Shown in pieces: positions 37,770 to 49,227 of a stretch of 64,000 nucleotides of DNA. The stretch is from Mustelus asterias (Eukaryota): the NCBI RefSeq assembly GCF_964213995.1, contig NW_027590119.1, positions 1,364,001 to 1,428,000 of the forward strand. Reading direction: 5' to 3'. A program made the translations under genes and the position numbers. Positions within the stretch are counted from its first letter, which is position 1; the number at the start of each line of letters is the position of its first letter. Under the pieces are notes generated by a model. That model ran no database searches and was not told the DNA's origin. It worked only from the letters and a program-made list of their open reading frames with translations.

Positions 37770-38390
37770 CACCCACCCGCCACATTTATCATTCCCCGCG
37801 CGCCGCCCTCTACCTTGTATTGTTCTCGCTTCCAAGTTGAAACCGTCCGTCCGCCGCCGCCATTACCCGCACTGCGCATGCTTCAGGTCCCGCCCCTCAT
37901 TCACTCCGATTGGTTGGAGGACCAGCCGCTCCCGCTCGGTCCTCCAGTCCCGCCCCCTCTTCCTATTGGTCCGGAGCTGCCGTCAATCAGTCCCCGGGCA
38001 TTGTGATGTGGAGCATGCGCAGTGTCATTGCTGGCCTTGGCGCTTGTTTGTCCCGGAGAAGCGGAGTCAGCGTTAGGCGGTGGCTGGGAGGATTTGGAAA
38101 CACTTTGTGGATCCGCAAACCCTTCAGAATCATTGTCAGCTCCCTGGTTTGCAGCTGCGGGGCTTCTCCCTCCCTCCCTCCCGGGAACAGGCCCAGGTTA
38201 ACGGCCCCATCCTGGCTCAGCCACTGGAGGATGGTTCACATCAGAGGATGGGGGAGGGGGACAATAAATAAGAGGTTACACTTTGGCCTCAAATCAATGA
38301 GGACTCTGATCTCTGGGAAGGAAGGAAACCCTGGGAGGTGGGCGGGAAGGATTCACAAACACTCGCTGGAGGCCCCAACATCCCCAATAA
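37770..38390 (+). promoter_or_regulatory. ZNF promoter cassette P5 plus leader
   Basis: Dyad at 37915-37946; NRF1/CCAAT/GC motifs; possible weak donor CAG|GTTAAC at 38197 and acceptor ttttacag at 38658. Confidence 0.75.
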
Positions 38391-39016
38391 GACCCATTGG
38401 TTTTATTGTCAGTCTGCAGACAGGAGCTGGAGAACTGAACCCAGACAGAGGAGAGGGAGGGAGAAAACTGGGAGTGGAGGAAAGAAATGGTGAGATGGGT
38501 TTGGATTTCAGCCCAGGGAGGAGGGAGAGTGTGTGGGACGGAGATTTACAGATTTGGGGGAACAAGAGAGGAAAAAATGTTCCAGACGAACTAGAATTGT
38601 CTGTTCAGAGTTTCTATCGTGTTCTGACAGTGATGACTTTTCTAAACTGTTTTTACAGGATATTGGAAGTGAAAGATTGGCAGACAGAAAATTCAAACCG
38701 GACATCACATCTGACAAAGTCATTCAGTTCCTTCGGAGCTGAATATCATTGGTCTTTGAATATAGAAAGAGAAATATTTGTCTGTTCTGCCTGTGGGCAA
38801 AGAAATTAAACATCAGTGTGACCGGAAAAGCATCGAGACAAACACACACCCGAGTGAGAGTGTTCCAGTGAACTGAATGTGGAAAGAGCTTTAACCAGTT
38901 ACACAGCCTGAAAAAACATCACAGTTCACAGCAGGGTGAAACTACGTGTATGTTGTGTGTGTGGATGAGGCTTGAACTGATCATCCAACCTGGAGAAACA
39001 CAAGGACACCCGCACC

Positions 39017-39997
39017 ATGGAGAAACCGTGGAAATGTGTGGATTGTGGGAAGGGATTCGGTTTCCCATCACAACTGGAAGTTCATCGGCGCAGTCACACT
39101 GGGGAGAGACCGTTCACCTGCTCCGTCTGTGGGAAGGGATTCACCCATTCATACAACCTTCTGACTCACCAACGGGTTCACACTGGGGAGAGGCCGTTCA
39201 CCTGCCCTGTGTGTGGGAAGGGATTCACTCGCTCATCCCACATTGTGACACACCAACTTGTTCACACTGATGAGAGAATGTTTATATGTTCTGACTGTGA
39301 GAAGAGTTTTAAATGCAAAAAGGATCTGCTGACACACCAACGAATTCACACTGGGGAGAGACCGTTCACCTGCTCTGTGTGTGGGAAAGGATTCATTCAG
39401 TCATCCCACTTGCAGACACATCAACTTGTTCACTCTGATAACAAACTTTTTAATTGTTCCCACTGTGAGAAGAGCTTTAAAAATAAAAAGGATCTGCTAA
39501 CGCACCAATATGCTCACACTGGGGAGAGGCCATTCACCTGCTGTGTGTGTGGGAAGGGATTCAGCCGTCCATCTGCCCTATTGAACCACCAGAGAATTCA
39601 CACTGGGGAGAGGCCCTTCACCTGCTCAGACTGTGGGAAGGGATTCACTCGTTCATCCAACTTATTGAATCACCAGCGAGTTCACACTGGGGAGAGGCCG
39701 TTCACCTGCTCTGTGTGTGGGAAGGGATTCAGTCAGTCATCCAACCTGCTGACACACCAGAAAGTTCACAGTGCGGAGAGGCCATTTACCTGCTCTGTCT
39801 GTGGGAAGGGATTTTCTCATTTATCTTATCTTCTGAAACACCAGCGAGTTCACACTGGGGAGAGGCCGTTCACCTGTAATGTCTGTGGAAAGGGATTTAT
39901 TCAGTCATCCCACCTGCTAACACACCAGCGAGTTCACAAACGACTGCAAGGTTTGGATTCTACTCTTAATGATGCTGTTAATCATATCCAGGACTGA
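39017..39997 (+). CDS. Intact C2H2 zinc-finger protein, 11 fingers plus a 19-aa tail, 326 aa
   Basis: ACCATGG start, 11 complete fingers, no frameshift, upstream promoter cassette. Confidence 0.92.
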   Translation: MEKPWKCVDCGKGFGFPSQLEVHRRSHTGERPFTCSVCGKGFTHSYNLLTHQRVHTGERPFTCPVCGKGFTRSSHIVTHQLVHTDERMFICSDCEKSFKCKKDLLTHQRIHTGERPFTCSVCGKGFIQSSHLQTHQLVHSDNKLFNCSHCEKSFKNKKDLLTHQYAHTGERPFTCCVCGKGFSRPSALLNHQRIHTGERPFTCSDCGKGFTRSSNLLNHQRVHTGERPFTCSVCGKGFSQSSNLLTHQKVHSAERPFTCSVCGKGFSHLSYLLKHQRVHTGERPFTCNVCGKGFIQSSHLLTHQRVHKRLQGLDSTLNDAVNHIQD

Positions 39998-40924
39998 ATC
40001 GTGTTCACTCTGACAGTCTTCATCCGTTGAGGTTTAATATTCTGAATAAATATGAAATAGACCAGCTTTGTTTTTTAAAATTGTTGTCGATTTTTGTCTT
40101 TCCCACCTGACCCCACATCACCAGGCTGGAGCTCAGAAAGGACAATCGGGGGAGGATCATATGGCAAACAGGACGCAGTCCTTCAGGGTCACAGAGAGGG
40201 ACAAACAGCACTTTGCTCTTCCTCATCTCTCTTCACGACAGCAAAGTACCCGTGTGGTTTAATCCTGAGATGTGCAAGAACCTCAGTCGCTCCCTTCTAT
40301 GTTTCAGCGCTCCTAGACCAGGAACAGAAGTTCCTTTACAACTGTGTTTAGAGTCAGGAAGAACAACAGTGAATGCTGGTAGGATGCTGCTAAATCAGAG
40401 ATTGGTGCAAAACTCGGATCTGTTCCTGACTGAGAGTGAAACGGCAGGATTAGATTTCCAGACTGAAAATGCAGAAAAGTCTAAAATATTTTAATGTGTT
40501 TGTGTCAGTGCCAGTTTATTGAACAGAAACCAGTTTAAAATAAATTGGTTAAAGTCTGCATTAAAGTAGCAGCTGGAGAGTTCAAAGGAACCTGTTATCT
40601 GCTGGGACAATTGGACAACAATTTGATTCCCAGATAAAAAGGAGCTACAGCGTGTCCAAGAATTCCCAGTTTTATTGATGAGGCTTCCCACACATTGTCC
40701 TTTTAAATAAACCTCACTCCTATCAACCTTTAACCATTATAAACAGAATAGAGAGAAGAGTGAAGCTGTGCCTGTCCCTTTAACTGGAAACTGAACAGCA
40801 TCAAGCCCCAACTGTCCCTTTAAGAATGAATGATGTGTTCAGCTGAAGATTCCTATTGGTAGTTTTCTGGGTGATCTCCTTATTTTGGATTATTCTCAGT
40901 GATCCTCAGTTGTGTGAACCTCTT

Positions 40925-41230
40925 CTCACTCACTTAATATCTCTCCTCTCTGTCAGATACTCACTTAATATCTCTCCCCTCTGTCAGGTACTCACTTAAT
41001 ATCTCTCCTCTCTGTCAGATACTCAATATCTCTCCTCTCTGTCAGATACTCAATATCTCTCCTCTCTGTCAGATACTCAATATCTCTCCTCTCTGTCAGA
41101 TACTCACTTAATATCTCTCCTCTCTGTCAGGTACTCACTTAATATCTCTCCTCTCTGTCAGATACTCAATATCTCTCCTCTCTGTCAGGTACTCAGTTAA
41201 TATCTCTCCTCTCTGTCAGATACTGACTCA
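40925..41230. repeat. 28-32-bp minisatellite, ~10 copies (CTCACTTAATATCTCTCCTCTCTGTCAGATA)
   Basis: Direct inspection; only a few degenerate units at the paralogous sites (~4260-4450). Confidence 0.9.
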
Positions 41231-41524
41231 CTTAACATCGCTCTCCTCTCAGACACTCATTTCACTTACCTTCCACCTCTACACTCAATTAAACACGCTC
41301 CTTTCACTCCCTTACCTCTCTCTCAAATACTGTCTCAGTCACTTAACCTCTATCTTTCTCTCAGACACTCATTCATTTAACTTTTTTATGTCAGATAGTG
41401 CTGAAACTCACTTAATTTTTTTATTCTCTGGTTATCTCTCTCTAAAAAAGCACCAAACACCTTCAATCTCTCTTCTCTGTCTGAGACAACATCGAATTTA
41501 CAGAGACTCAATCTTCTCTCTCTG

Positions 41525-41883
41525 TTTTTTTTATTCATATGTGGGACACAGGTGCCGCTGACTGGCCAGCATTTATTACCCATCCCTAGTTGCCCTTGTT
41601 CAGAGGGCAGCTGAGAGTCAACCACATTGCTGTGGCCCTGGAGTCACATGTAGACCAGACCGGGTAAAGACAGCAGATTTCCTTCCCTAAAGGACATTAG
41701 CGAACCAGATGGGTTTTTCTGACAATGGTTTCATGGTCATCACTCGATTCTTAATTCCAGATGTTTTGAATTGAATTCAAATTCCACCATCTGCCATGGC
41801 GGTATTCGAATCTGGGTCCCCAGAAAATTTGCTGAGTTTCTGCATTAACATCTAGCGATAATACCACGAGGCCATTGTCTCCC
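41525..41883 (-). mobile_element. SacSINE1-like tRNA-derived SINE
   Basis: Minus strand: tRNA-like head, body ccatctggttcgctaatgtcctttagggaaggaaatctg, tail agggatgggtaataaatgctggcc...aataaaaaaa; absent from copies A and B. Family name recalled, not searched. Confidence 0.75.
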
Positions 41884-42884
41884 CACTTCTCTCTCCCACT
41901 TCCTCTGACAGGCCCTGACTCACTCTCATTTTCTGATCACCCTCTTTGGGGGAAACTCATTCCTTTCTATAATTTCCCCTCATCTCTCCCAGTGATGACC
42001 CTCAGTCCATCTCCCAATTCATTGACTGTTAAAAACCCAAATAATCTTTGTTTATTGTTTAACATGGGAATGGAGATGAATGTAATGCTGAGAGCGGCAG
42101 CAATCTGTGTGGTTGTTCTTGATGCTGTCAGAGTGAGTTCACCCTCACAGACAGGAAGAATATTCACGGTGATAACATCTCAAACTGATGTCGCCTGTTT
42201 CACTCTCAGGAAATACAACTTCCTGTTTCTCTGCTGCCGGTTGCAAACCGCGCATCTCACTTCTGGGCAAAAAATAAATCCAGGGGCCACAATCTGGTGA
42301 GAACATCTGTCAGTGCGGCCTATATCCATCCACAGAGACAGGGCAGAGTCACACAGGATCACATTGCAGTGACATTTACAAATGAGTCTGTTATTTCTGT
42401 TCAGAGTCTCCATTCCCGGATATAACGAGCTGTATTTGTGGATCAGTCACTGAGTTCCCTCTGCTCCCCATAGCTGGGGACTGATAGCCTGCTCCCTTAT
42501 ATTGTATATCATTCTCTCTGTATTGCTTGTTTCCTCTGTTTCTCAGCTTTTATCTCTGACCACCTCATCTTTCTGTTTTTTAAAATCTCTCTCAATGTTT
42601 CTGTCTTTCTGTCTCTCCTCTGTATCTCTCTCAGTCTCTGTGTGTTCCTATTTAACCGAGATGTTCAGCATCATGAAGGGTTTCTGATTGATTATAGAAG
42701 GAAAAACAGGGAAAAAAGCAGAAAAACTCAGCAAGTCAGAGAGAAACAGTTAACATTTTGAGTCCATATGATTCTTCAGGGCAGGAAAAACATGGGCTTT
42801 TCTGTCTTAGGTCAGGGTACGTGATGGGGAGGTTTAATAGAGGTGTTTAAAATGACAAACGATTTATGATAGTGTCAATGGAGA

Positions 42885-43075
42885 GGAACTGTTTCCCAGA
42901 AGCAGGAGGGTCTGTCGATGGGGAGAAACTTTCCCAGGTGCAGAAGGGTCTGTCGATGGGGAGAAACTTTCCCAGGTGCAGAAGGGTCTTTCGATGGAGA
43001 GAATCTATTTCCCAGGTATTGGAGGGTCTGTCGATAGGAAGAAACTGTTTCCCAGGTGCAGGAGAGTCTGTTCAC
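42885..43075. repeat. ~38-bp minisatellite, ~5 copies
   Basis: AGGGTCTGTCGATGGGGAGAAACTTTCCCAGGTGCAG units; ~2 units at the paralog 2970-3050. Confidence 0.85.
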
Positions 43076-43199
43076 AGAGGGGATACAGAGATTTAACATA
43101 ATTGACAACTTAACTGGAGAGGGTGATGAGGATGATTTTTTACACAATAATTTGATGCAATCTGGAATGTACAAACTGACAGGTGCTAGAAGCAGATTT

Positions 43200-43483
43200 C
43201 AAGTAAAGTTTATTAGTCACAAGTAAGACTTACATTAACACTGCAATGAAGTTATGTGAAATTCCCCGTGTCGCCACAGTCCGGCGCCTGTTTGGGTCAA
43301 TGCATCTAACTAGCACGTCTTTCAGAATGTGGGAGGAAACCGGAGCACCCGGAAAAACCCACGCAGACATGGGGAGAACGTGCAAACTCCACACAGTGAC
43401 TCAAGCCGGGAATTGAACCCGGCGCTGTGAAGCAGCAGTGCTAACCACTGTGCCGCCGTGTTGCCCAGCCACCGTGCTGCCCA
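43200..43483 (-). mobile_element. V-SINE with an alternative 3' tail
   Basis: HE1-like head and V-domain; tail gcagtgttaatgtaagtcttacttgtgactaataaac. Confidence 0.85.
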
Positions 43484-44294
43484 ATTTAATAGTAAATTTC
43501 AAAGAGAATTGGATAAATACTTGCAGAGGGAATTTGGCAGAACGATGGTAAATGGGATTAATTGACAGTTCACTCGTCTTTGTGACATTCTGAATGTTTC
43601 TCTCCTGAGGTTTTAACATTTGATCTTTTCAGTCACAATGTGTCTCAAACAGAAGATCAAAATATTGGGTTTGATGAGCTGTCAGATCTGTTTCCCATGT
43701 GACTGTAACTCAAGAATTGCAGATAACCATGAGAAGGAACTGATTATTTTCAGTTCCTCTCACAGGTACACCTCAATATCAGAAATCTCTGGAGTTCCCC
43801 ATGTCCTCATTATTCTCCCCTTGAGCATAACAGCTCTCAGTCAAGTAGAGTCAGTAACACATGTCTCTGCCATAATGTTTGCATTCCTATTTTCCCACTC
43901 ACCTCCCAGTGACACTCAGCATAACACACAAACCTCAAACTATCATTGCCCCCTTACATCTTGTCCTCCTCTTACAAGCAAATATTTGTTGGGCCTCTTG
44001 TCTCCCTTAATGTCAGGTTACCTGCAGGCAAAATGACCTCAGCGACACTGGAACCGATCTTTGTGATTATCATTGTTACACCAGATTCCAATCAGCCCCA
44101 GGACCTGCAGTTGTAAAATGCAGTAACATTTTAATATCAGGCAGGTTATTGTCAAATAGTAAGTGGCAGAGTGACAAATAACAGAATTGGAATATATTAT
44201 ATCAATAGACCATGACTCACTCGCTATCAAATGAGACCCAAACTTTGGTTATGGTGCACGAGATATTGACTGTATTATCATTACATTGGATCCC

Positions 44295-45478
44295 CAGGCC
44301 TAGAATACCCGACGCTAAAATGCCACCCTGACTACCTTCCATGGGAGTTCACCTCTGTTAGCCTGACAGCAGTTTACGTCCCACCCCACGCAGGCGTGAA
44401 GACGGCATTGGATGAAATATACACCACCACAAATAGCCTTGAGACGAGGCCTTGTCCTGAGGCCTTGTTCATCGTAGCCGAAACTTCAATCAGGCCAAGC
44501 TCAAGGGTGTTCTACCAAGGTACCTGCAACACATCTCCTGTTCCATCAGAGGCCCAAACATCCTAGACCACTGCTATACAAATATCAAAAATGCCGACTG
44601 CTCTATCACCAGTCCACACCTTGGAAAATCACGTCTGTGCTCCTGCTCCCAGCTTAAAAGCAAAAACTGAAATGGGAGAATCTGCCAAAGAAAGTCGTGC
44701 AATATTGGTCTGAGGAATCGGATGATCTCCTACTAGACTGCTTAGAGTCAGTAGATTGGTCAGTATTTAAAAACTCTGTGACCAGCCTGAATGAGTCCTC
44801 CACCACAGTAACTGACTCATTAGTAAGCGTGTAGAAGACTGCGTGCCAAAGAAGCAAATCCATGTGTTTCCCAACCAGAAACCATGGATGAACAGGGATA
44901 TCCACTGTCTGCTGAAGTTTAGATCTGAGACGTTCATGTCAGGCGACACTGACCTATACAAGACAGCCAGATATGATCTATGAAGATCCATCAAAGATGC
45001 CAAAAGACAGTACCGGATCAAGCTAGAATCCTAGGCTATCCACATGGATTCCCGTCGACTATGGCAAGGTCTGCAAGACATAAAAGGCTACGAGATTAAG
45101 GCAGGTAAAATCACCGGCTCCAATGCACCCCTCCCCACTGAGCTCAACACATTCTATGCCCGTTGTGAGCAAGAGGTCAGCGAGAGCACACCCTCCATAC
45201 CAGAAGCCTCGAATGATTCTGTATGTTAGGTCACCAGTGCAGACATCAGAGTAGCCTTCTCAAAAGTCAACCCATGGAAAGCAACTGGCCCAGACGGGGT
45301 ACCCCAATGAGCACTGAGGTCCTGCGTGGACCAGCTGGCAAGCGTATTCACAGACATCTTCAACCTCTCATTACAACAATCTAAGGTCCCTACCTGCTTC
45401 AAGAAGAGGACCATCATCCCGATACCAAAGAAAAGCCAGGGCAGCGTGCCTTAATGACTATCATCCGGTGGCTCTGAC
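44295..45478 (+). mobile_element. Degenerate Rex1 LINE (endonuclease end to RT start)
   Basis: [36 protein letters not shown]; many stops. Confidence 0.8.
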
Positions 45479-45479
45479 A

Positions 45480-45935
45480 AACCATCTTTTTGTGATTCAT
45501 GCACAAGGACACCCAGGTCCCTTTGCGCAGCAGCTTGCTGCAATTTATTACCATTTAAATGCATGGTTGGGGACCCCGCGCACCCCCGACATTCTCTCTT
45601 CCACCTTCTTCCATCGGGAGGGGGATGCAGAGGTCTTGAGGTCGCGTGCCGACCGACTCGAGAGCAGCTTCTTCCCGTGCTGCTGTCGGACTTTTGGGTG
45701 GGCCTATCTTGCATTGGGTTGGTCTTTCTCTGCACCCTAGCTGTGGCTGTGGCACTGCATTCTGCGCTCTCTCATTTCCTTCTCTATGAACGGTATGTTT
45801 TGTCTTTATAGCGCAGAAGAAACAATACTTTTCATTGTATGCTAAAACATGTGACAATAAAAAAAAATAGTCCATTTTGCTGTTATTCCTACCAAAATGG
45901 ATGACCTCACATTTACCAACATTGTACTCGATTTC
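45480..45935. mobile_element. CR1 fragment (-) interrupted by a Rex1 3' end (+, ~45560-45866)
   Basis: EYNVGKCEVIHFGRNNSKMDYF joins LNGNKLQ...RDLGVLVHE across an insert encoding HPRHSLFHLLPSG with a tgtgacaataaaaa tail. Confidence 0.8.
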
Positions 45936-46007
45936 TGTTGGAAAAATAGGTTGCATGCTTACTTTTTAATTATACAATGTTCAGAGCACTAAATTTGACA
46001 CACACAA

Positions 46008-46275
46008 TCATAGAATCCCTATAGTGCAGAAGAAGGCCATTCGGCCCATCAAGCCTGCACCGACAACGATCCCATCCAGGCCCTATTCCTGTAATCTCAT
46101 GCCCCAGCATGAAAGGGGCAATTTATCATGGCTAATCCACCTAACCTGCACATCTTTGGACTGTGGGAGGAAACCCACGCAGACACAGGGAGAATGTGCA
46201 AACTCCACACAGTAAACTGAGGCTGGAATTGAACCCAGGTCCCTGGCGCTGTGAGGCAGCAGTGCTGACCACATG
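46008..46275 (-). mobile_element. HE1-like V-SINE, partial
   Basis: B box GGTTCAATTCC, V-domain, CR1-type tail. Confidence 0.8.
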
Positions 46276-46399
46276 TGACCAATAATCAAGGACATGGCAG
46301 ACATGACCAGTGTGTGAATTGCTGATGAATGGTCTTGTCCCTGTTGTTCCAATCTGTGTCCACAAAGGGACAATCCAATGGCAGAGCCATTGCCCAGCA

Positions 46400-46770
46400 T
46401 TCACTGCGGGAGCTGCTGCGCATGCGCACTGTCAGGCTGTGATTGGAGCATGCGCGGTGCGGGTGCTGCAGCTTGATGGAAGCGCGAGGCGGTCGTGTGG
46501 CTTTCGCAACGGGTGAAATAAAACACCCAGTGTGGGTGGGGAACGGAGCCGGTGGGTGGAGAGATTTCATTACCACCGGACTCGGCTCGCAAAGTTCGAG
46601 TAAAAATCTAACGGTCCCCAATTTGGACCGAGACGGTTGTTCTCTCGGTGTCGGGCCGGGCTCGCCGGCCGCCATCTTTATAAGGGGCAATGTTCCGGCA
46701 AGGGCACTGCCATCTTTATAAGGGGCAATGTTCCGGCAAGGGCGCTGCCATCTTTATAGGGGGCAATACC
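46400..46770 (+). promoter_or_regulatory. ZNF promoter arm P6 with a triplicated YY1-type site
   Basis: Perfect NRF1 TGCGCATGCGCA, ATTGG, and three 38-bp units starting GCCATCTT at 46671, 46709, 46747. Confidence 0.7.
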
Positions 46771-47084
46771 AGCAGCAGGACAGAGCTTTATGCATTTCTA
46801 TGTTAAAAGCAAAATTCTGTGAGTTCTAGAAATTTGAAATAAAAACTGAAAATGGTGGATTGCTAACCTGGACTGACAATAATGTATTTACAGGATACTC
46901 GGAGGAGAGAATTCACAATTCAAAACATTGTATCTAGATTCAGTCGATTCATCAAGATCATTGACCTTTGAATGTGTAAAGAAGCTGTTCTGTCTGTGGG
47001 AAATGATTTCAGCTATCAATGTGTCTGGTATTTGGATATAAGACTGATAATTTCAAAATCAAGATTCCGCTTGACTGGAAATCA

Positions 47085-47210
47085 TGACAAAGTACTGCAG
47101 ATGCTGAAATCTGATGAAGGGTCATCCTGACTCGAAAAGTTGGCTCTATTCTCTGTCCACAGATGCTGTCAGACCTGCTGAGAGTTTCCAGCAGTTTCTG
47201 CTTTTGTTGT
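47085..47210 (+). mobile_element. Short Penelope-derived element with a hammerhead-like motif
   Basis: CTGATGA-A-GGGTCA(TCC)TGACTC-GAAA followed by cacagatgctgtcagacctgctgag; relatives at ~16700-16800, ~3140-3230, ~22228 and ~42720-42785 (-). Confidence 0.6.
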
Positions 47211-47753
47211 GACTGGGAATCAATGTGGGTGAGCAGGCACTGAGGTCTTGGGGCTAACTGGACTTGCTGTCATAGAGTCACACAGCACAGAAAGAGGTCC
47301 TTCAGCCCATAAGTGAACAAGCAAGGAAAAGATGTTCCACAGCATCAGAATTGTCTATTTAGAATTTCTGTCCTGTACTTACGAGGATTCATTTTATAAA
47401 CTCCTTTTACAGGCTATGAGAAAGGGAGGAATTCCAAACAAGAACATCAAACCAAACATGACATCCAACATCTACTCACTTGATTCATCAGCGCTTGAAT
47501 ATTGTGAACCTTTGAATGTGGAATGAGAAATGTTTCTCTGTTTCTGTCTGAGGATTTCAAACTGAAAGTTTTGAAACAATTGACTGGAAAAGCACCGAGT
47601 GAGAGTGTTCCAGTGAACTGACTGTGGAAAGAGCTTTAACCAGTTATACAGCCTGATAAAACATCACATCATTCACAGCAAGGAGAAACCATACAGTTTG
47701 GACAAGGTTTCAACTGATTGTCCAATCTGGAGAGTCACAAGGACACTGGCATC

Positions 47754-48424
47754 ATGGAGAAACTGTGGAAATGTGGGGACTGTGGGAAGAGCTTCAATTA
47801 CCCAAAGCTGAGAAAACGTTATCATTGTCACACTGGGGAGACACCATTCACCTGCTCTGTATGTGGGAAGCGATTCACTCAGTCATCCCATCTCACTGAC
47901 CATCAACTTGTACACAGTGATCAGAGACCTTTTAAATGCTCTGATTGTGAGAAGAGGTTTAAAAGCAAGAAGCACCTGGTAGCACATCAGCTTGTTCACA
48001 CTGGGGAGAGGCCGTTCCTCTGCTCTGTGTGTGGGAAGAGATTCAATCGGTCATCCCACCTTCTGACACATCAGCAAGTTCACACTGGGGAGAGACCATT
48101 CCTCTGCTCTGTGTGTGGTAAGGATTCATTCAGTCATCCCAACTTCTGAGACATCAGCGAGTTCACACTGGGGAGAGGCCATTTACCTGCTGTGAGTGTG
48201 GGAAGGGATTCAGTCAGTTGTCCGACCTTCTGGTACACCAACGAGTTCACACTGGGAAGAGGCCTTTCACCTGTTCTGTATGTCGGAACAGCTTTGCTCA
48301 GTCATCTACTCTTCAGAGACACCAACGAGTTCATACTGGAGAGAGGCCATTCACCTGCTCTGAGTGTGAGAAGGGATTCATTCAGTTATCCGACCTTCTG
48401 AGACACCAGCGAGTTCACAAATGA
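47754..48424 (+). pseudogene. C2H2 ZNF, ~8 fingers, first finger damaged and one frameshift
   Basis: MEKLWKCGDC; 1-nt deletion at ~48122. Confidence 0.8.
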
Positions 48425-48954
48425 TTGTAGAATTTGGAGTTTGTCATTGCTGCTTTTAGTGACATCCCGGACTGAACATGTGGCTGTGTAAGCTGAGGTG
48501 TGTAAGGAATGTGTCCCAGCCACGCTCTTCCATGGTTCAGTGGTCCTGGAGGCAGAACAGAAACTCCTTTACAACTGGGTTTAGAGTCAGGAAGAACAAC
48601 GGTGAATTTTGGAAATGTGATGTCAAGTCAGAGATTGGTGTTAAATTGGGATCTGTTCCTAACTGAGACTTTGAGAAGAAATAGAAATGTGGAATGAACA
48701 TTTAAAATGTTTGTGATATTCCTGATCTATCATTGTCAGACAATAACAACACTCTACATTTATATTGTCTCTTTAACAGAGTAAATGTGAAAACTGACAC
48801 TGTTTTCAGATGATGTCACTGATGGGAATATGTTGATAAGAAATAAGAGGCTAAGGCTGGAGCTCTGGAGACACCAGAGGTAAGTGTGGGAATGGGAAGG
48901 GAAGATATTATAAGTGATTCTCTGACTCTGATTAAAGAGAGAAGAATAGGTTTA

Positions 48955-49227
48955 AAGTTTAATGTTTATTTATTAGTTTCACAAGTAGGCTTAACAATTA
49001 ACATTGCGATGAAGTTACTATGAAAATCCCCGAGTCGCCACATTCCTGTGCCTGTTTGGGTACACTGAGGGAGAATTTGGCATGGTCAATGCGAACCAGT
49101 ACATCTTTTGGACTGTGGAGGAAACCAGAACATCCGGAGGAAACCCACACAGACAGTGACCCAGAATCGAACCCGAGTCCCTGGTGCTTGAGACAGCAGT
49201 GCTAACCACTGTGCCACCGTGCCGCCC
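48955..49227 (-). mobile_element. V-SINE with the alternative tail (same type as 43200)
   Basis: Head gggcggcacggtggcacagtggttagcac; tail aagcctacttgtgaaactaataaataaac. Confidence 0.85.

Larger units (their letters stand above)
37769..44292. repeat. Inverted paralogous block (copy C) of 2078-7685
   Basis: Reverse-complement colinearity from cacccacccgccac to cattacattggatcc; visibly more diverged than A vs B in the 3' flank. Confidence 0.92.

Noticed and set aside
37537-38076. Chimeric Tx1-ORF1/ZNF-promoter protein
   Set aside because: GTG-started read-through across a breakpoint into GC-rich promoter DNA; not in frame with the ZNF.
38080-38271. 63-aa ORF MAGRIWKHF... identical in several copies
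   Set aside because: GTG start; identity follows from the nucleotide identity of the leader, with no independent sign of coding.
38860-38985. Selenocysteine recoding of the TGA at a Cys position in the upstream finger (VFQ*TDC)
   Set aside because: Neighbouring TGAs sit at non-Cys positions, the frame is broken by indels in most paralogs, the next finger lacks its second His, and no convincing SECIS was seen.
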